DNA from: Marsupella aquatica | Lineage: Eukaryota > Plantae > Marchantiophyta | Direction of reading: 5' to 3' | NCBI GenBank assembly: GCA_973895155.1 | Contig: OZ316893.1 | Location: 4,888,977-4,952,976 of the forward strand | Length of the DNA: 64,000 bases | Part shown: positions 38,050 through 50,500 of the stretch, one piece after another | Numbering within the stretch: the first letter of the stretch is position 1 | How the letters are laid out: every line of letters begins with the position of its first letter | Notes under the pieces: generated by a model | Seen by the model: the letters and a program-made list of their open reading frames with translations, nothing else | Told to the model about the DNA's origin: nothing | Databases searched by the model: none | Made by a program: the position numbers and the translations under genes

Positions 38050-39450
38050 GGTTGGATAAACCATATCAGAAACTCTCCCCCGAAACTCTAGCTATTGTCA
38101 TCCTCCATAACATGAAAAGCCCTCAGCACTTCGGTGAAAATTTCAAAATAGCAACAGACCTAATGCAGACATCGCCAACTAGGAAGCAAGGTGGACAACA
38201 ATGGCACGCACGACATAGTCTTGCTACTTCGGGGCCACGTACTACATCTGCATTCAATGCTAACCTAAACCCTCAGACAACGCTGCATGATAGCCTAGAG
38301 CTGCCTAAGTGTCATATGGCACTTCCTATCTAGGTTATTTGTCATCGAAGGGCTGAAAAAGATCAGACCAAGATAATGTAAAAAGAAGCGATCCAGAAAA
38401 ATCTTCAACGCATGGATTTAAGCGTGAATCCACTTTGAACCCATCCCTGAATCGAAGGAGTTTGACGATTCAAATGTGTGTGGGTACCTGCTGGGGGCCA
38501 ACTTTAGTAAGATACGAACTAACTCTCCTTCCTGCCAAGCAAAACAGAGTCTACGGGTTCCTTTGACGAGAGCACCACGTTCTAGAATCTCCAGATTCAA
38601 AGAGCAACAAAGCACACGGGTGTGACAATCGACAATCGCATCAGTTCTCCAAGGTGAAGCCTAAAGATAATCACAGCAGTCAATTGCAAATTACCCATAA
38701 TATACACTTCTTATCATTTGCCTTCACCATCAAAGCACTCCAAGTGAGTAGGAGGTGTTTTCAATCAAAGGCAGGCTCAAAAGCACATGTCATTATCCTC
38801 AACGTCCTCAGTCTACGGTTCACAAAACACGTTGACCAGAATGGAGGCATCAAAGAGAAACGGATACAATGCACACTAATACTCGGTAACATATACTAGG
38901 TACGACACCCTTGCATACCGTGATAATCCTAGTTTTTTCCTTTCAATCAATGAATGCAGCCACATTTTGATGTGTGATTACCAGCAGGGCTAATACAACA
39001 GGGGCCTGGCATATCTAACAGGGCTAATACAACAGGGGCCTGGCATATCTAAGGATCACTACACCGTACATTTCGTTGCCAGAACATGCTAGTTCATACT
39101 CGCGATGACAATGAACCTCATATCTAACTACTGACACTAACATACAGTACAGAGTCTGCTACTACATCATCTCATGCTTCCAGGACACCAAATCCCTGGA
39201 CGGTCGGAGGGCATGAACGGCAGTCCCAATCGGCAGAACATCACCACGTGCGGAGAGCACGAACAAGCTTCTCACAGGCGTGGTGAAGGGAACTTGGGAG
39301 GGTCATCCTAGGGGAGAAAGGTCACCGTCATACTTGGCCTTAGTGACGAGGTTCAGCAGAGGAGAGGACCAAGGATAGACAAAGACAGACTTTGCATATC
39401 CATGACCAAAAGAGCACGAGCTTCCTTCCCCACACACACTTGCTCGACGG
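38050..39450 (+). pseudogene. Decayed superfamily-1 (Upf1/Sen1/Dna2-like) helicase C-terminal half
   Basis: Frameshifted motifs in the expected order: DIVLATS / TTLHD...LPI (motif II-III region), DLSV...THP.I (QYRMHP-like), ITTPY, GT.EG..G.KVTVIL (TVDGFQGRE-like), RLCISMTKRAR (NVALTRAR-like). Confidence 0.5.
38985..39052. repeat. Perfect 34-bp tandem duplication
   Basis: CAGGGCTAATACAACAGGGGCCTGGCATATCTAA occurs twice in tandem. Confidence 0.95.
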
Positions 39451-41474
39451 GAATTGCGAGGATATGTCACATTTGCACACCGTCGGCAATCTACCTGCCT
39501 ATTTATTGTACAGACTACAGAGCGGCAGAACCGAGGAGACCTCAAACGGCCATCACTCGTCGCACACAACGATTGTCTGGAAGAGGATACGTGGCAATGC
39601 ACGAACAACAATGACCTTGTCTCCTATTTGGAGAAAAGGAGGAGTATTCCTGGTGTCTACAAAGCAAATGCAGACTGCTCGTGCAAAACACGATGCTTCT
39701 CGATTCCTCCCCATGGCCTACTGACGGAGTCACGGACCCAAGGATTGCAATCTGCACAATTGCGTCCAAGTTCTTTTGGATACTGTTTTATTTTGTTTTA
39801 AATATTTTTAATTAATGAATAAGTAAATATCTGAGTTTTTATATATCCGTTTTTAAGTAATTTTCCACTAAATATGTTTTAATTCCTTGGAATCTAAATA
39901 TGTTTTAATTGAAGATAATGTTATCTTTTTTTTTGGTATTTATATAAATGACATATTTTTTATATGACAAGTTTACCAAGGTAACTAGAGAAACTATATA
40001 TGGAAATCATTTTTGTAGATACAAAAATAATCATGACAATATTGTAAATTCAAAGATCTCATAGTGGCAATGTATGTAAAAGCTGATTTATAAAAATATT
40101 AGATTTTAATAATTTTCCATTTTCCATTTTATGAATTGAATTGAATTAAGTCCAGAAACTCCATGGATAAACCAAACCTGTAGCATTCCTATTTACCATT
40201 TGTTAAAAAAATACAATGTCAATAATGAATCATCACTTGTATCCAAATACTTCACTAACTCTGTAAGCACTTTTGTATACTTTGTAGGTGGCCAGAGGCT
40301 TTTGATTGAGAGCTTGGCTCAATTCTCCCACTACTCTTTCCCCTCCACATAGTTACTTTAACTATTTTTTAGAGTTTAATAAAAAAGATAAATTTGGGGG
40401 TGCCTTTGGTCCTTGCGGTTTGCAAGGGCTATTTCACCCACTTGCCAATTTTACCTAAACAATAATGAAACCACGTTTAGTTTCTCACGGGAGTTTGTAG
40501 TTGGGAGACATGTAGAATACACATGGGTGTTGAGGTCCACGTGCATTTTTCCCTTAGACTCTCGGTTGAGTTAGAGTTGTGGGCATGATTGCTAGAGTCG
40601 GGGCCAAACTGCTCTTGACGTTTGGGACAAGCTTTGGGACAAACTAGCTATTTGGGCCATGGACATGTTTTCGAGGCAGAGCGGTCAACCATTGATGGAT
40701 AGAAAGTGGGGAAGCTTGCCTGGGCAGTACTCTCTAGAGGGCTTGTTTTGGACAAACAGTGGGTGCCGGTCTGGGAGGTTATATCCATTGACCTACTTAC
40801 TAACGGTTGTTGAGCTTAAGGCAATACAATGGTCATGAGATTCAAGATGGGTTACTTATCAATAGAGTTGGTTACTTGTGTAGACAGTAGGGCCATTGAG
40901 CAACAGTCGTGTTGAGGAGCGAGTGCGGCTTTGTATGGGAGGTACCGTTGGTGGTGATATATAGAGGCACCGAGTTGCTCGCCCGTGGAGTTCCGTGGAG
41001 GCATTCAAGCACCAAGGGTACTTAGGCACAAGTTGTTGGGTTTGGAGAGGGCACTCGGTGACTAGGTCCACCACTAGAGCCCTAACTAAAGGACTATGTG
41101 CCTTTTAGGTGCAATGGGTCCCCAACTTTTGGAGCTATAAAATGATTCCAAATTCTCCTTTAGCCACACTCAAGATCTTTAGTTAATTGGATGATAGATT
41201 AGTTTTGGTAAGAACAATCAAACTTCCCATGCAAGGTCATGTAAAACCACTTGAGACACTATCTTTAGGATGGTTAAATGTTTGATAGATTAGCTTTGAA
41301 TAAAAACTACTCAAACTGGCCCCAAGGTCATGTAAAGTCACCTAAGACACTTTCAGTTTAATGGCAAAGACCTTAATGAAGCTAAGAAGTTAATTGCAAT
41401 GTCGCTCATAATAAATATCATGTAGAAAAACTCCCCAGTCCATAGGCCTACTAGAAACAAGTTTTACATGGATT

Positions 41475-41700
41475 CTTCAGTTGGCCGGGGACTAGCATAG
41501 AAGTGAGAGGTCCAGGTTCAATCCCCATCCACATGCAAGGGCAGTGGTGTGTGTGTGTGTGGTGAACTTCCTGGTTTTTCCTCAGCCCCTGGCTTGACGT
41601 TGGGGCTCTGGTTCAAACCTCTCTCCCTCCTGGTCTGGGTCTCTCCCCCTTCTGGGTTACCCTAGAGTGGTGCATGCTCCTAGTTGATCTTCTATCCTTC
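41475..41700 (+). mobile_element. Possible decayed tRNA-derived SINE
   Basis: B-box-like GGTTCAATCCC at 41515 with an upstream AGTTGG, followed by (GT)n. No cloverleaf. Confidence 0.3.
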
Positions 41701-42203
41701 TTTTGGATGGGTCAGTTTTGGGTTTCAATGCAAAAACATTAGATGGGTAAGTCATGGGTTTCAAGGCAAAGAAAAGTTTTAGAGGGATATAATGCAAATC
41801 CTTTCGGTGAACGGACCTCTAAAGTCAGCTCGTGGAACAAGCTTTGGGAGGGTTTAGTGAGGGTTGAGGGTTTAGTACAGGAATCTATTATTATAGGAAA
41901 GGGTTCAATGGCGAAGAAGTGATGACAGTTTAGAACATTCATTGAAGGAAACGGGAACGCTGTGGGTTTAGACTGATTCACCAACATTAGTCCTTCCCTC
42001 TCTCGATCTTTCCTCGAGTTTCTCTGAAGCGAGAACAGGCCTGCTGAAATTTTGAGTTGTCTGGGCGGTGCTACTGTACTGGAACAGGAATAAAGTCTGA
42101 CACTGCGAAACTCTATGCTCACAGAATCTGGTAGCTGCTGGAGTTTCCGACAGATATTTGATCTCGTCGAAGGACATTTAGAAGGGCAGGAGGAGGGGGC
42201 ATC

Positions 42204-43123
42204 ATGTTTGCGACAGCCGTGCGGCTTCTGGCAAAGAAAGGCAAGGGGAAGAAATCCTACAAGCCCGCCGATATGAATATCGGCATGGAAGGGCAGCAAT
42301 GGTCCGGAACTCTACGAGAAATTGTGAAGGAAAAGGGCCCTCTTACGGTGGCATCGTTTTGGGAACACGCAGCGGTGCGTGTACACCCTGGTTGCAATAA
42401 AACAATCTCTCTGAAGAAGTAGAAGATCTTATTGTCAGGGGTTTTTTGTTTTCCTTTCTTAGAGTAGCTGGTTTTCAAGCCATCTGTCTCGTAAGAAGCA
42501 TAATTCTTTCTCCTATGTAAGTGCTCATCATAGGTGAGGGCCGCATGCCAACCTGAAAGTGCCGTCATGTTTCTATAAGCAGTGATTGTGTAGACGATAT
42601 GGTATTTAGGGTTCCAAATGAGCATAAACTTTTCCGCGTTCCCTTCCCTCGTCTCCTTCCCTGGTTCCCTTCTTGTTCCTCTCTGCTTCAATTGAATTCT
42701 CTCTTGGTAGTATATCGAATCCATTTGCGCTCTCATCACGCCTTTCAGCTCTTGCATAATGTTAGGGTTCTTCATGATACATCTGTGAATCGTTTAAGTC
42801 GCTTCGGAAATGCTGACAGGTGTGGTGAATGACTCATTCAGAGTACAGGGCTTAGAAGCAAGAGGCACATGAAAATCATATTGAAGTGGATGAGGGGACA
42901 GAATCACGTCAAGCTAGTCTGCAACCACATAGGGGACCGGCGGACTGCGTCAGAGAAGGAGTTTCTTTATAGCTATGTTGTCCCCAGGAGTGAGAGACTT
43001 GCTGCCAATGAAGGAGAAGATACTATCTCTGCCGAGGGAGAGCGTGTCCCCTCTTCTTTCGATACTCCTCCCACTCCTGCTAGTGCTACTCCTGATGTCG
43101 AAGATCAAGCCCGTCGTCTTTGA
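42204..43123 (+). CDS. Plant-specific mitochondrial ribosomal protein mL80-like (150 aa, 2 exons)
   Basis: Exons 42204-42374 and 42842-43123 (GT-AG, phase 0). Product MFATAVRLLAKK...IVKEKGPLTV..FWE...GLRSKRHMKIILKWMR...KLVCNHIG...KEFLY matches, from memory, the AT1G73940/mL80 family. Basic N-terminal presequence-like start. Confidence 0.8.
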
Positions 43124-44959
43124 ACAGCACGCAACTGCATTGAAGAAGATCCGCCTAAGCGTCTCATCGTCCGGGTACTTATGCTGACCTATGGAAGTTC
43201 ATTCACATCAGCAAGTCCTTGATTGAAACTCATTCAACTTACAGCACTGAGAGAACTGGGCCTGTAAGTTGACTAGTGAATTACAAGAATAGTTCACTTC
43301 TTACTTGAGCACCATGACACGGGCAAATTTCCTCTTCTGCCCATCTCCCAAGGTTTATAGGATTTCATATAGCTGAGAATGCCACTGCTTCGGTTGCCAG
43401 CTCACAAGGAAACGAATTCGACATTCTGAATATCTGAGTCAGAATTGGAAAATTTGAGACAGCAGATAAGTCTGTAAATGCATTACTTTGGGCACTGCTT
43501 CTATTGAATACGAATGAAGGTGTGCGTATTTTTGGGCATCATGATCTGATGTATGAATGAGATTGAAATGAGAATCGATACGCTGTGCGATGCTCTGCTT
43601 CTTTTCAGTGAATTTCGCATCAGTAGGTCTCTCAGTGGTTTTATGCTTCCCGTAGAGTCCAAATGGCTCCCCGTTAATGATCGCATGTCTCACGTGGATA
43701 AAGAATTCTGCTCTTTTGCCCGACGGGCTGCATTCCGTTGGGGTGGATGTACAATGGGACAATATCTCCGCGTTCTCATCCTCGCCATCCAGTTGTCTGT
43801 GGCGAAAAACTTAATAAAGAAATGTGGTGGACCTGAGTTTGAAAGTTGGATAAGTTTGGTGCCCTTCATCATATCGAGTAGAAGCCCTAACTTGCCGACC
43901 CAAAGACGACTTTCAAGCACTACATTAAATATGCTTCGAACTCTGGTTTGGGAGGCTATGAAATATGACTGTGAAGTTCTCCATTTCTGCAGAGCTGCAT
44001 TGTCATTTGGGTTAGTGTTCTACAGTTTTATCGACTGCTTTTGGTAAGTTGCTGATGTAGGTTTTGCCACAGAGTTTGCGAACGAGTCAAATTCGAGCTT
44101 CATGGTCTGAAGAACAAGTTTGGAGCTGGTGCAAAGAAAACCCTGTGTGATTCACCGGTCGCTTGAACCCTTTCTTACCGCCCAAAAGTCGTTCAATTGA
44201 ACAATGCACCCCTTGAGATCTTCTTACTCCCTTGTTTTATTTGTATTCAGCTGCGGTTGTAAGATCCGCTGTGTTGGTCACTGCAACGTAATTCTAACAT
44301 ACTCGCCAGTGGTCTGTGTTGCTGAATATACTCATGAAAGGCGTGGACATTGATAGCAGCCACGGAGTGGTCACTAGTAAAATAAGGTTGATATACTAAT
44401 TCATTTTGATACCAACAGACATTACTTCGGCTTTTAAAACGCCGTGTATATCACACGGGCAACTGCATTGGATTGGAGTGGTCTTCAGAAAAATCTGATT
44501 GATATAAGAACCAGTCTCTATCAGGTAAGATCTGAAGTAGGACTCCTAGCTGCTCCTAAGTCATAGCTGGTGAACTGCCCCATTGCCAGTTTCGTTATGG
44601 GCTGTCGTATATAGCTTCACCTTGTTGACCGTGTTTACGCAGCACGGTCACAGCAAAACTGATGAATATTTCGATCTCTTGTTACCGTATCAGGGTTGCC
44701 AGTTACTTACACAAATCAACCAACTCATTAGGATTCCTGTACAAGCATTCAAGCTACAACTTAGAAGACAGACACCATGTTTTCTTAAGAGAAAAAGAAG
44801 CTCCTGATCATTTCGGAGCGACCCTGAGGCTCTCAATGTAATGTAGACCCCATTTGCTAAACTGAAAGTAATAAAGTTCAACTACAAGCGGTGTGAGAAT
44901 ACCCGGAAATTTTTACGCTTTCTACAAATGGAAACTGTCGATAAATTAACAAGATCTTG

Positions 44960-45690
44960 CAAGCGCCTGACGGGTTTGCAGAAAGGGAGGTTGATTTACA
45001 CGGACCAGTGTTCTCTCCCTCCATCAACCGAATCAGCCCATCAACCTTGTCTGAAACATAGCAGAAGCTGCAAGTTTGAGTTCCGGGAGCTTGTACTGTC
45101 AAGTCTTGTTCCGCAGAGCTTGGGCAAGGAATTTACTGCCAACACGTCCGTCGTCGATATTCATCCGTGGGCCATAAGTATTAAAGATCCAAGCAATTCG
45201 GATTTCAATGCCATGGTGAAGGTGTTAGTCAAACACGAGGGTCTCCGCCACTCGCTCGCCTTCATCATAGCAGCTTCGATTGGATTCACATATCCCCAGT
45301 AGTACTGTCTGGGAGTGCTCCAGAGGATCACCGTACACCTCCGAAGTTGATGTCCATAAAATCCTCGGCCCCACTCATTCAACCCAAGCATATTCAACAT
45401 GCCCATGACATTGGTCTTGATGGTCTTGACAGGATTGTGCTTGTAGAAAATGGGGGAAGCGGGGCACTCCAAATGGAATATCCGGTCAACCTCAACGAGT
45501 AGGGCTTGAGTGACATGATGCCAAATGAGCTCAATTTGGGTGCCCAATCCAGCGTTTCAGATTCCCCTTGGATCCGGTGAAGAAACTGTCCGCCACAAAC
45601 ACCTCAATTGACCCAGCTTCCATCAGGCGATCCACCAGGTGCGAGCCGATAAACCAGCTCCCCCTGTAACGAAAATTCGCAGCTTGGCCG
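44960..45690 (-). pseudogene. UXS: Processed (intronless) pseudogene of UDP-glucuronate decarboxylase / UDP-xylose synthase
   Basis: [67 protein letters not shown] and TQTCSFCYVSD.VDGLIRLM are contiguous, with frameshifts and no introns. 3'-truncated. Confidence 0.9.
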
Positions 45691-46935
45691 TCGTGCATTG
45701 GGAGGACCGGAGTGGAGGTGGGGTCGGAGGAGCCTTGTTGTAGTAGAGCTATGTCCATCGGCACTTCCACTCATCATGGTGCTTTGTGTCGAAGGGAATC
45801 ACAGGATCTGAAACAGAGCCTGCGGATTGTTGCAACATCTTTCCTCCCACAAAACGGATACAGATTGCAGCAACCCAGTATAGGTCATCTACTCTCTGCT
45901 CTGCTTCACTCTCGAGAGGCAGACACCAAATACTTGGTAAATCAGAACCCCCTTTCACGCCATCCCTGTCAAACTTACATCTAAAGCTTGAATTTTAGAT
46001 TCCTAAAGAACGTTCTTCTGGAGGAGACGAAGGATTCTAAACTTCCTTCGTAGCGGTTCTGCAGGAGGTTACGGCAAGCGTCACAAGCCGAACTTGGTCT
46101 GTTGGAGATGAAGTTGAGTACATGTCGTGCCCGCAAATTGTACAAGGCTTCAGGTGCCTTTCCCTCTTGAGTTGTCTGGCAGTGCTCAATTCAGCGAAAC
46201 ATGAAAACAGAAGACATTGAACGAGAATTGCGTGAGGAGTAAAGTGAAGCAGCACACTTGGCGCAGCTTCACAGAAAAGCACCCACAGGTGCTTAAACTG
46301 TAACCTGAATTCACGTTTCGTGTGGGCAAGAAGGTACTGATCCAGCACAGCACAATTGTCATGTCCCCACATCATAGACGCACCGAGACTGGGAGCACAT
46401 GATTCATCACGACCTTCAATGGAGACTTCTTGGTCGTCCTAGATTTCGAGGTCTTCGTCATCACCCTTTCTAAAACTCTGGACCCTTAATTAACCCCTCA
46501 AACTATATCTAAAGGGGATCTGATGGTCAGAAATTAGTCTATGAAAATTAGATAAGGAGCATTCCTAGCATCTTCTCCTTCACACAAGACATTGGCACAA
46601 TGGGAAAAAAAGAAAAAACCTTAAAAATTATGCCGACACTGGGTAGTAAAACGATCAAATCCTCAACCCTTAGTAAGGAAGAAATCGCATGTGGCAGCAC
46701 TCTTTATTTATGGTGGCGTTACAAGACTTCGTATGTTGCACTTGTGAGTTTTTCTCCACCAAAGCCTACAGTCATTGCAAGGTTGCTCTTACCTCAAACT
46801 AACTGAGTACTCGTTCCTTGATCAAAACTACGGGTGAGTACATTCAAGCCTGCCATGCCATGCTGTGTCGATTCCTTGAACAAAAATATAGTTGAGTACA
46901 TTCAAGCCTGCTGCGCCATGCTGTGTGGGTTCGTT

Positions 46936-47264
46936 CTCCTGTACAAATGAGGAGAACCGAACTGAAGTGAGGTGAAGAATATGGTGAAGAATCTGTGCAT
47001 CATTCTGATTACTCAATCTCCTGTACAAATTAGGAGAACCGAACCGAAGTGAGGTGAAGAATATGGTGAAGAATCTATGCATCACTCTGACTACTCAATC
47101 TCCTGTACAAATTAGAAGAACCGAGGAAGTGAGGTAACCGAAGTGAGGTGAAGGTATGGTGAAGAATCTATGCATCACTCTGACTACAATCTCCTGTACA
47201 ACTTAGGAGAACCGACGAAGTGAGGTGAAGAATCTGTGCGCGCATCACTCTGACTACTCAATCT
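46936..47264. repeat. Four ~82-bp tandem repeats just downstream of KNOX2
   Basis: Units start CTCCTGTACAA at 46936, 47018, 47100 and 47191. Confidence 0.92.
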
Positions 47265-47551
47265 TCGTCCAAGGACAGTGTCGTTTAACTTTATAACCGA
47301 AGAGTTTGTGGACAGCTGCAAAGAGAGCCCGAGCGAAGCTGTAGAGATATATGTACTCAGTAACTATTAGTTTGTGAAGTCTAGCACGTGGGCGTGGACC
47401 GACAGCTTACTAGGATGACATAGCTTTTTTATACACACGTTGATCGAAGCTTAGAATGTTGCTGAATCGAATTGTACTGTAGCTCTTTCACCTGAAGTGC
47501 ACGTCTCAGAATCTCGTGATCGATCATTTGATATGGATAATCACCTGATAC

Positions 47552-50500
47552 TCAGTTTTTCCGTTTATTCTTAAGCTCATTTGATGAAGGCAAGGGGTTG
47601 CTGTGCCAGTTGCGCTTGCGTTGGTTAATGAACCAGTTGTTTACCTGCTTCAATTCGAGTCCTGTTTCTTGGATCAGACGTTCCTTCTCATCTTCCTGCA
47701 ACCATCCCCAGCATTTCAGCAAAAGTAACCGCCACCAACAAGGTGAAACGAAAACTTCAAGCCCCTATCCCTGAAACGGACTGGAACCTCAGGTAAGTTT
47801 CCACAGTTCGGGCAGTTCCATTAGCTGGGATGATAGAACAAGTTGCACAATAGCATTGAGGTCGACGACAGAATCTCAGATTGATCTACACGGACAAAAA
47901 TTAACAACCCTTGGTGCTAAAGGAGGTATCATACGACGTTGTATATGAACATTTAACTAGCGGACTCAAATTGACAGGACTATACAAATACTGTGCAGGT
48001 CTAGCATGCAGTCATTATACAGTATTGGCAAGATAGTTCGGAAGAGAAAGTAGGACAATTTATGATAATTAATTAACAATAATAACGAGGTATATCATAC
48101 AGAAGAATTATGCAAACACCAACGGGTATAATACTCTATATTTCAAGCTCAAAAGTACTGCGTTCAACATCCACATCAATCAGTGGAACGACGAATAAAA
48201 ACGACAATTGATCGGAACTTAGCAAAGTCTCATCTCATATAAGAAATTCAAGAGCCGGGACACTGTACGTTGTCATCAAAATCGCTCTGTATACAGTGAC
48301 CCAAATCCCTTGGCACCACGAGCTCAAAATAAAGATGTGAGCATTATTGGATTGAAATATCGATCCACTCTGACACCAATCTATGACTTTTGGTGATAAG
48401 ATATCCACAGAACCATCCATCCAAATTATTTATTGCCTGAGGATTTTCTCTTCTATTGGACATCAGAATGGAAGATCTAGCATTCCAGTGTCCTACATGA
48501 CGCAACGGGGTTGACCAACACAGTCGGCATTACTCGAAAACAACTCCAAGCACGGAAAAGGTGTTCTGTTTCGTGCTTCTTTTGGGCGTGGGGTATTTGG
48601 GTGGCATGATGAACACTGTATGGATAATTAATTATGCTCAACTCGCAGCAAGTAGGCTCTAAGCAACCCACCAAGCCGAGCCCTCAGCTCGGCCCTCAGA
48701 TATAACGGCTCACACGGCTTGGCTATGAAAGAATAAATGGAAGAAAATCCCATTCAAGTCAAGAAAGCTTGCAGGAATGACGTTCAGGTGATGCGAGTCA
48801 CTAGCTCGTTTCATGGAAATGTTAGAGCTGGAATTTAGCTCTGACACCGCAAGGCCGTTTGTAGATACACGATCCCTGACACTAAGTTAACTAGGAGGTC
48901 CACGTTTGATGTCACTAGAGCTGAGACTATAGTTTAATTTCCAGTATATCTCTAGCTTTGTACCGCTGCCCCATTTTTGAATTGCTCTTCAATCAAGGAA
49001 ACGTTTGACAGTGGTCCAATGGTCCATCTCTATGGGATAGTCTGTGCCAATCATTCATTCAGTCAAGCATAGATTCGTTCAGCTTCAAGGCGGTTTCAGC
49101 AAGTCAATGCAAAGAATATTTCTCCTAACGGATGATAAACTGTAAGCGCGATGCGGGATTTCAAGAGTTCTGACAATTCACCCCAAAATCTGACTCGATC
49201 TTCTGGAGGATCAGACAATGTTTTTAAAGACTAGCAATTCTGACCTTTGACAGAATTGGAGCTTGACTGCAGAAGTCAGGACCTGTTGCATCAGTGATCA
49301 TGCCCTTCCACACATCTTTCCCCGTCAAAAATGGCAGCTATAAGCGAAATTACGAGATCAATACCCGGATCAATATCTCCCAAATAGCTGTCCGTTGACA
49401 ATCCTAATACTTAAGGGGGGGAAATGGCTCAAACTTGGGAGGACCATTTGGCTACCAACCCAGCGCGCCTGTAAAAGGGTTTAAGAACTCAGATAGATTC
49501 TCTCTCACGAAGGATTTCGTGAGGATCCTGCCAGGTAGAAAGAACAGTCTCTACTTACGTGAAATGCTTCACGTACTATTATAGTTTTGGACACTGGAGG
49601 CATGACGATTTCTGCAGCGTTCTTGGGCAAAGGTGAGAAGAAATCACTAGATGATAATCGTCAAAATGTGGCACTTCCTGACCTGACAGTGGTATGGTAC
49701 CGCCAGATAGTCAGGGATTCCTTCGATACAGCGACTGGCGAACTATTCTATCGGGGTATAATTCTGTCTTGGTACGTTCCTCGCAGTAATTTCCATGTTG
49801 TAATATATAACAGTGCGTTTCCCCTGAAAAGCATAAATTCGATAACTCAATGGACTGTATTTGAAAGTAATGAAAGTCTGGATATACATACCGTGGGATA
49901 AGGCCACTTTGAGTGAGCATTCCACCAGGTTTTCAGCACAGTAGTTGTTCCTTCAGGTAATTTACCTGCCCTTCGTTTTCGAAGAATCTCGTCCCTCACG
50001 TCTACGATCTTCTCCCTATACCCTTGCTGAGTCAAACCAGTAAAGATGGATCCGAATCAGACTGGTACTCCGCCCGTGATTATGAGATAACAGAGAACAG
50101 CTTTACAATAATCTCATGAACGAAAAAATAAACACCGCTGTGGATTTCTGAAATCAAAGACAGCTGAAATGAAATACCAGATCCAACGAACATCATGAAG
50201 AATTTGAGTACTCCGCGAAGGATTGGTGGAGACTTATCATCAACTTTGGTTTCACATCGTGTTTATATCATGCTGAAAGGTTGAGAGATTGGTCTTTAGG
50301 GCTTTGGAATTCATCGAGGCTAGCTGCCACGGCTCGGGATTGAAACATGCCGGATATTGTTTTTGTTCTTAAAGATCTTGAAAGCTTGAACGCATTCTAA
50401 ATCTAATTTTGAAGAATTACGTGAGTGAGTCGAGCTGTAATCTCTAGAGTCCTGATAGATCTTTGGCAGCTTGACTTAAATCTGTTCCAACACTGAGTCG

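Noticed and set aside
41739-42775. Minus-strand 186-aa and 172-aa ORFs
   Set aside because: They are antisense to the leader, exon 1 and intron of the mL80-like gene and have no recognisable motifs.
46936-47264. CRISPR-like array
   Set aside because: Units repeat over their whole length with no unique spacers; the context is eukaryotic and has no cas genes.
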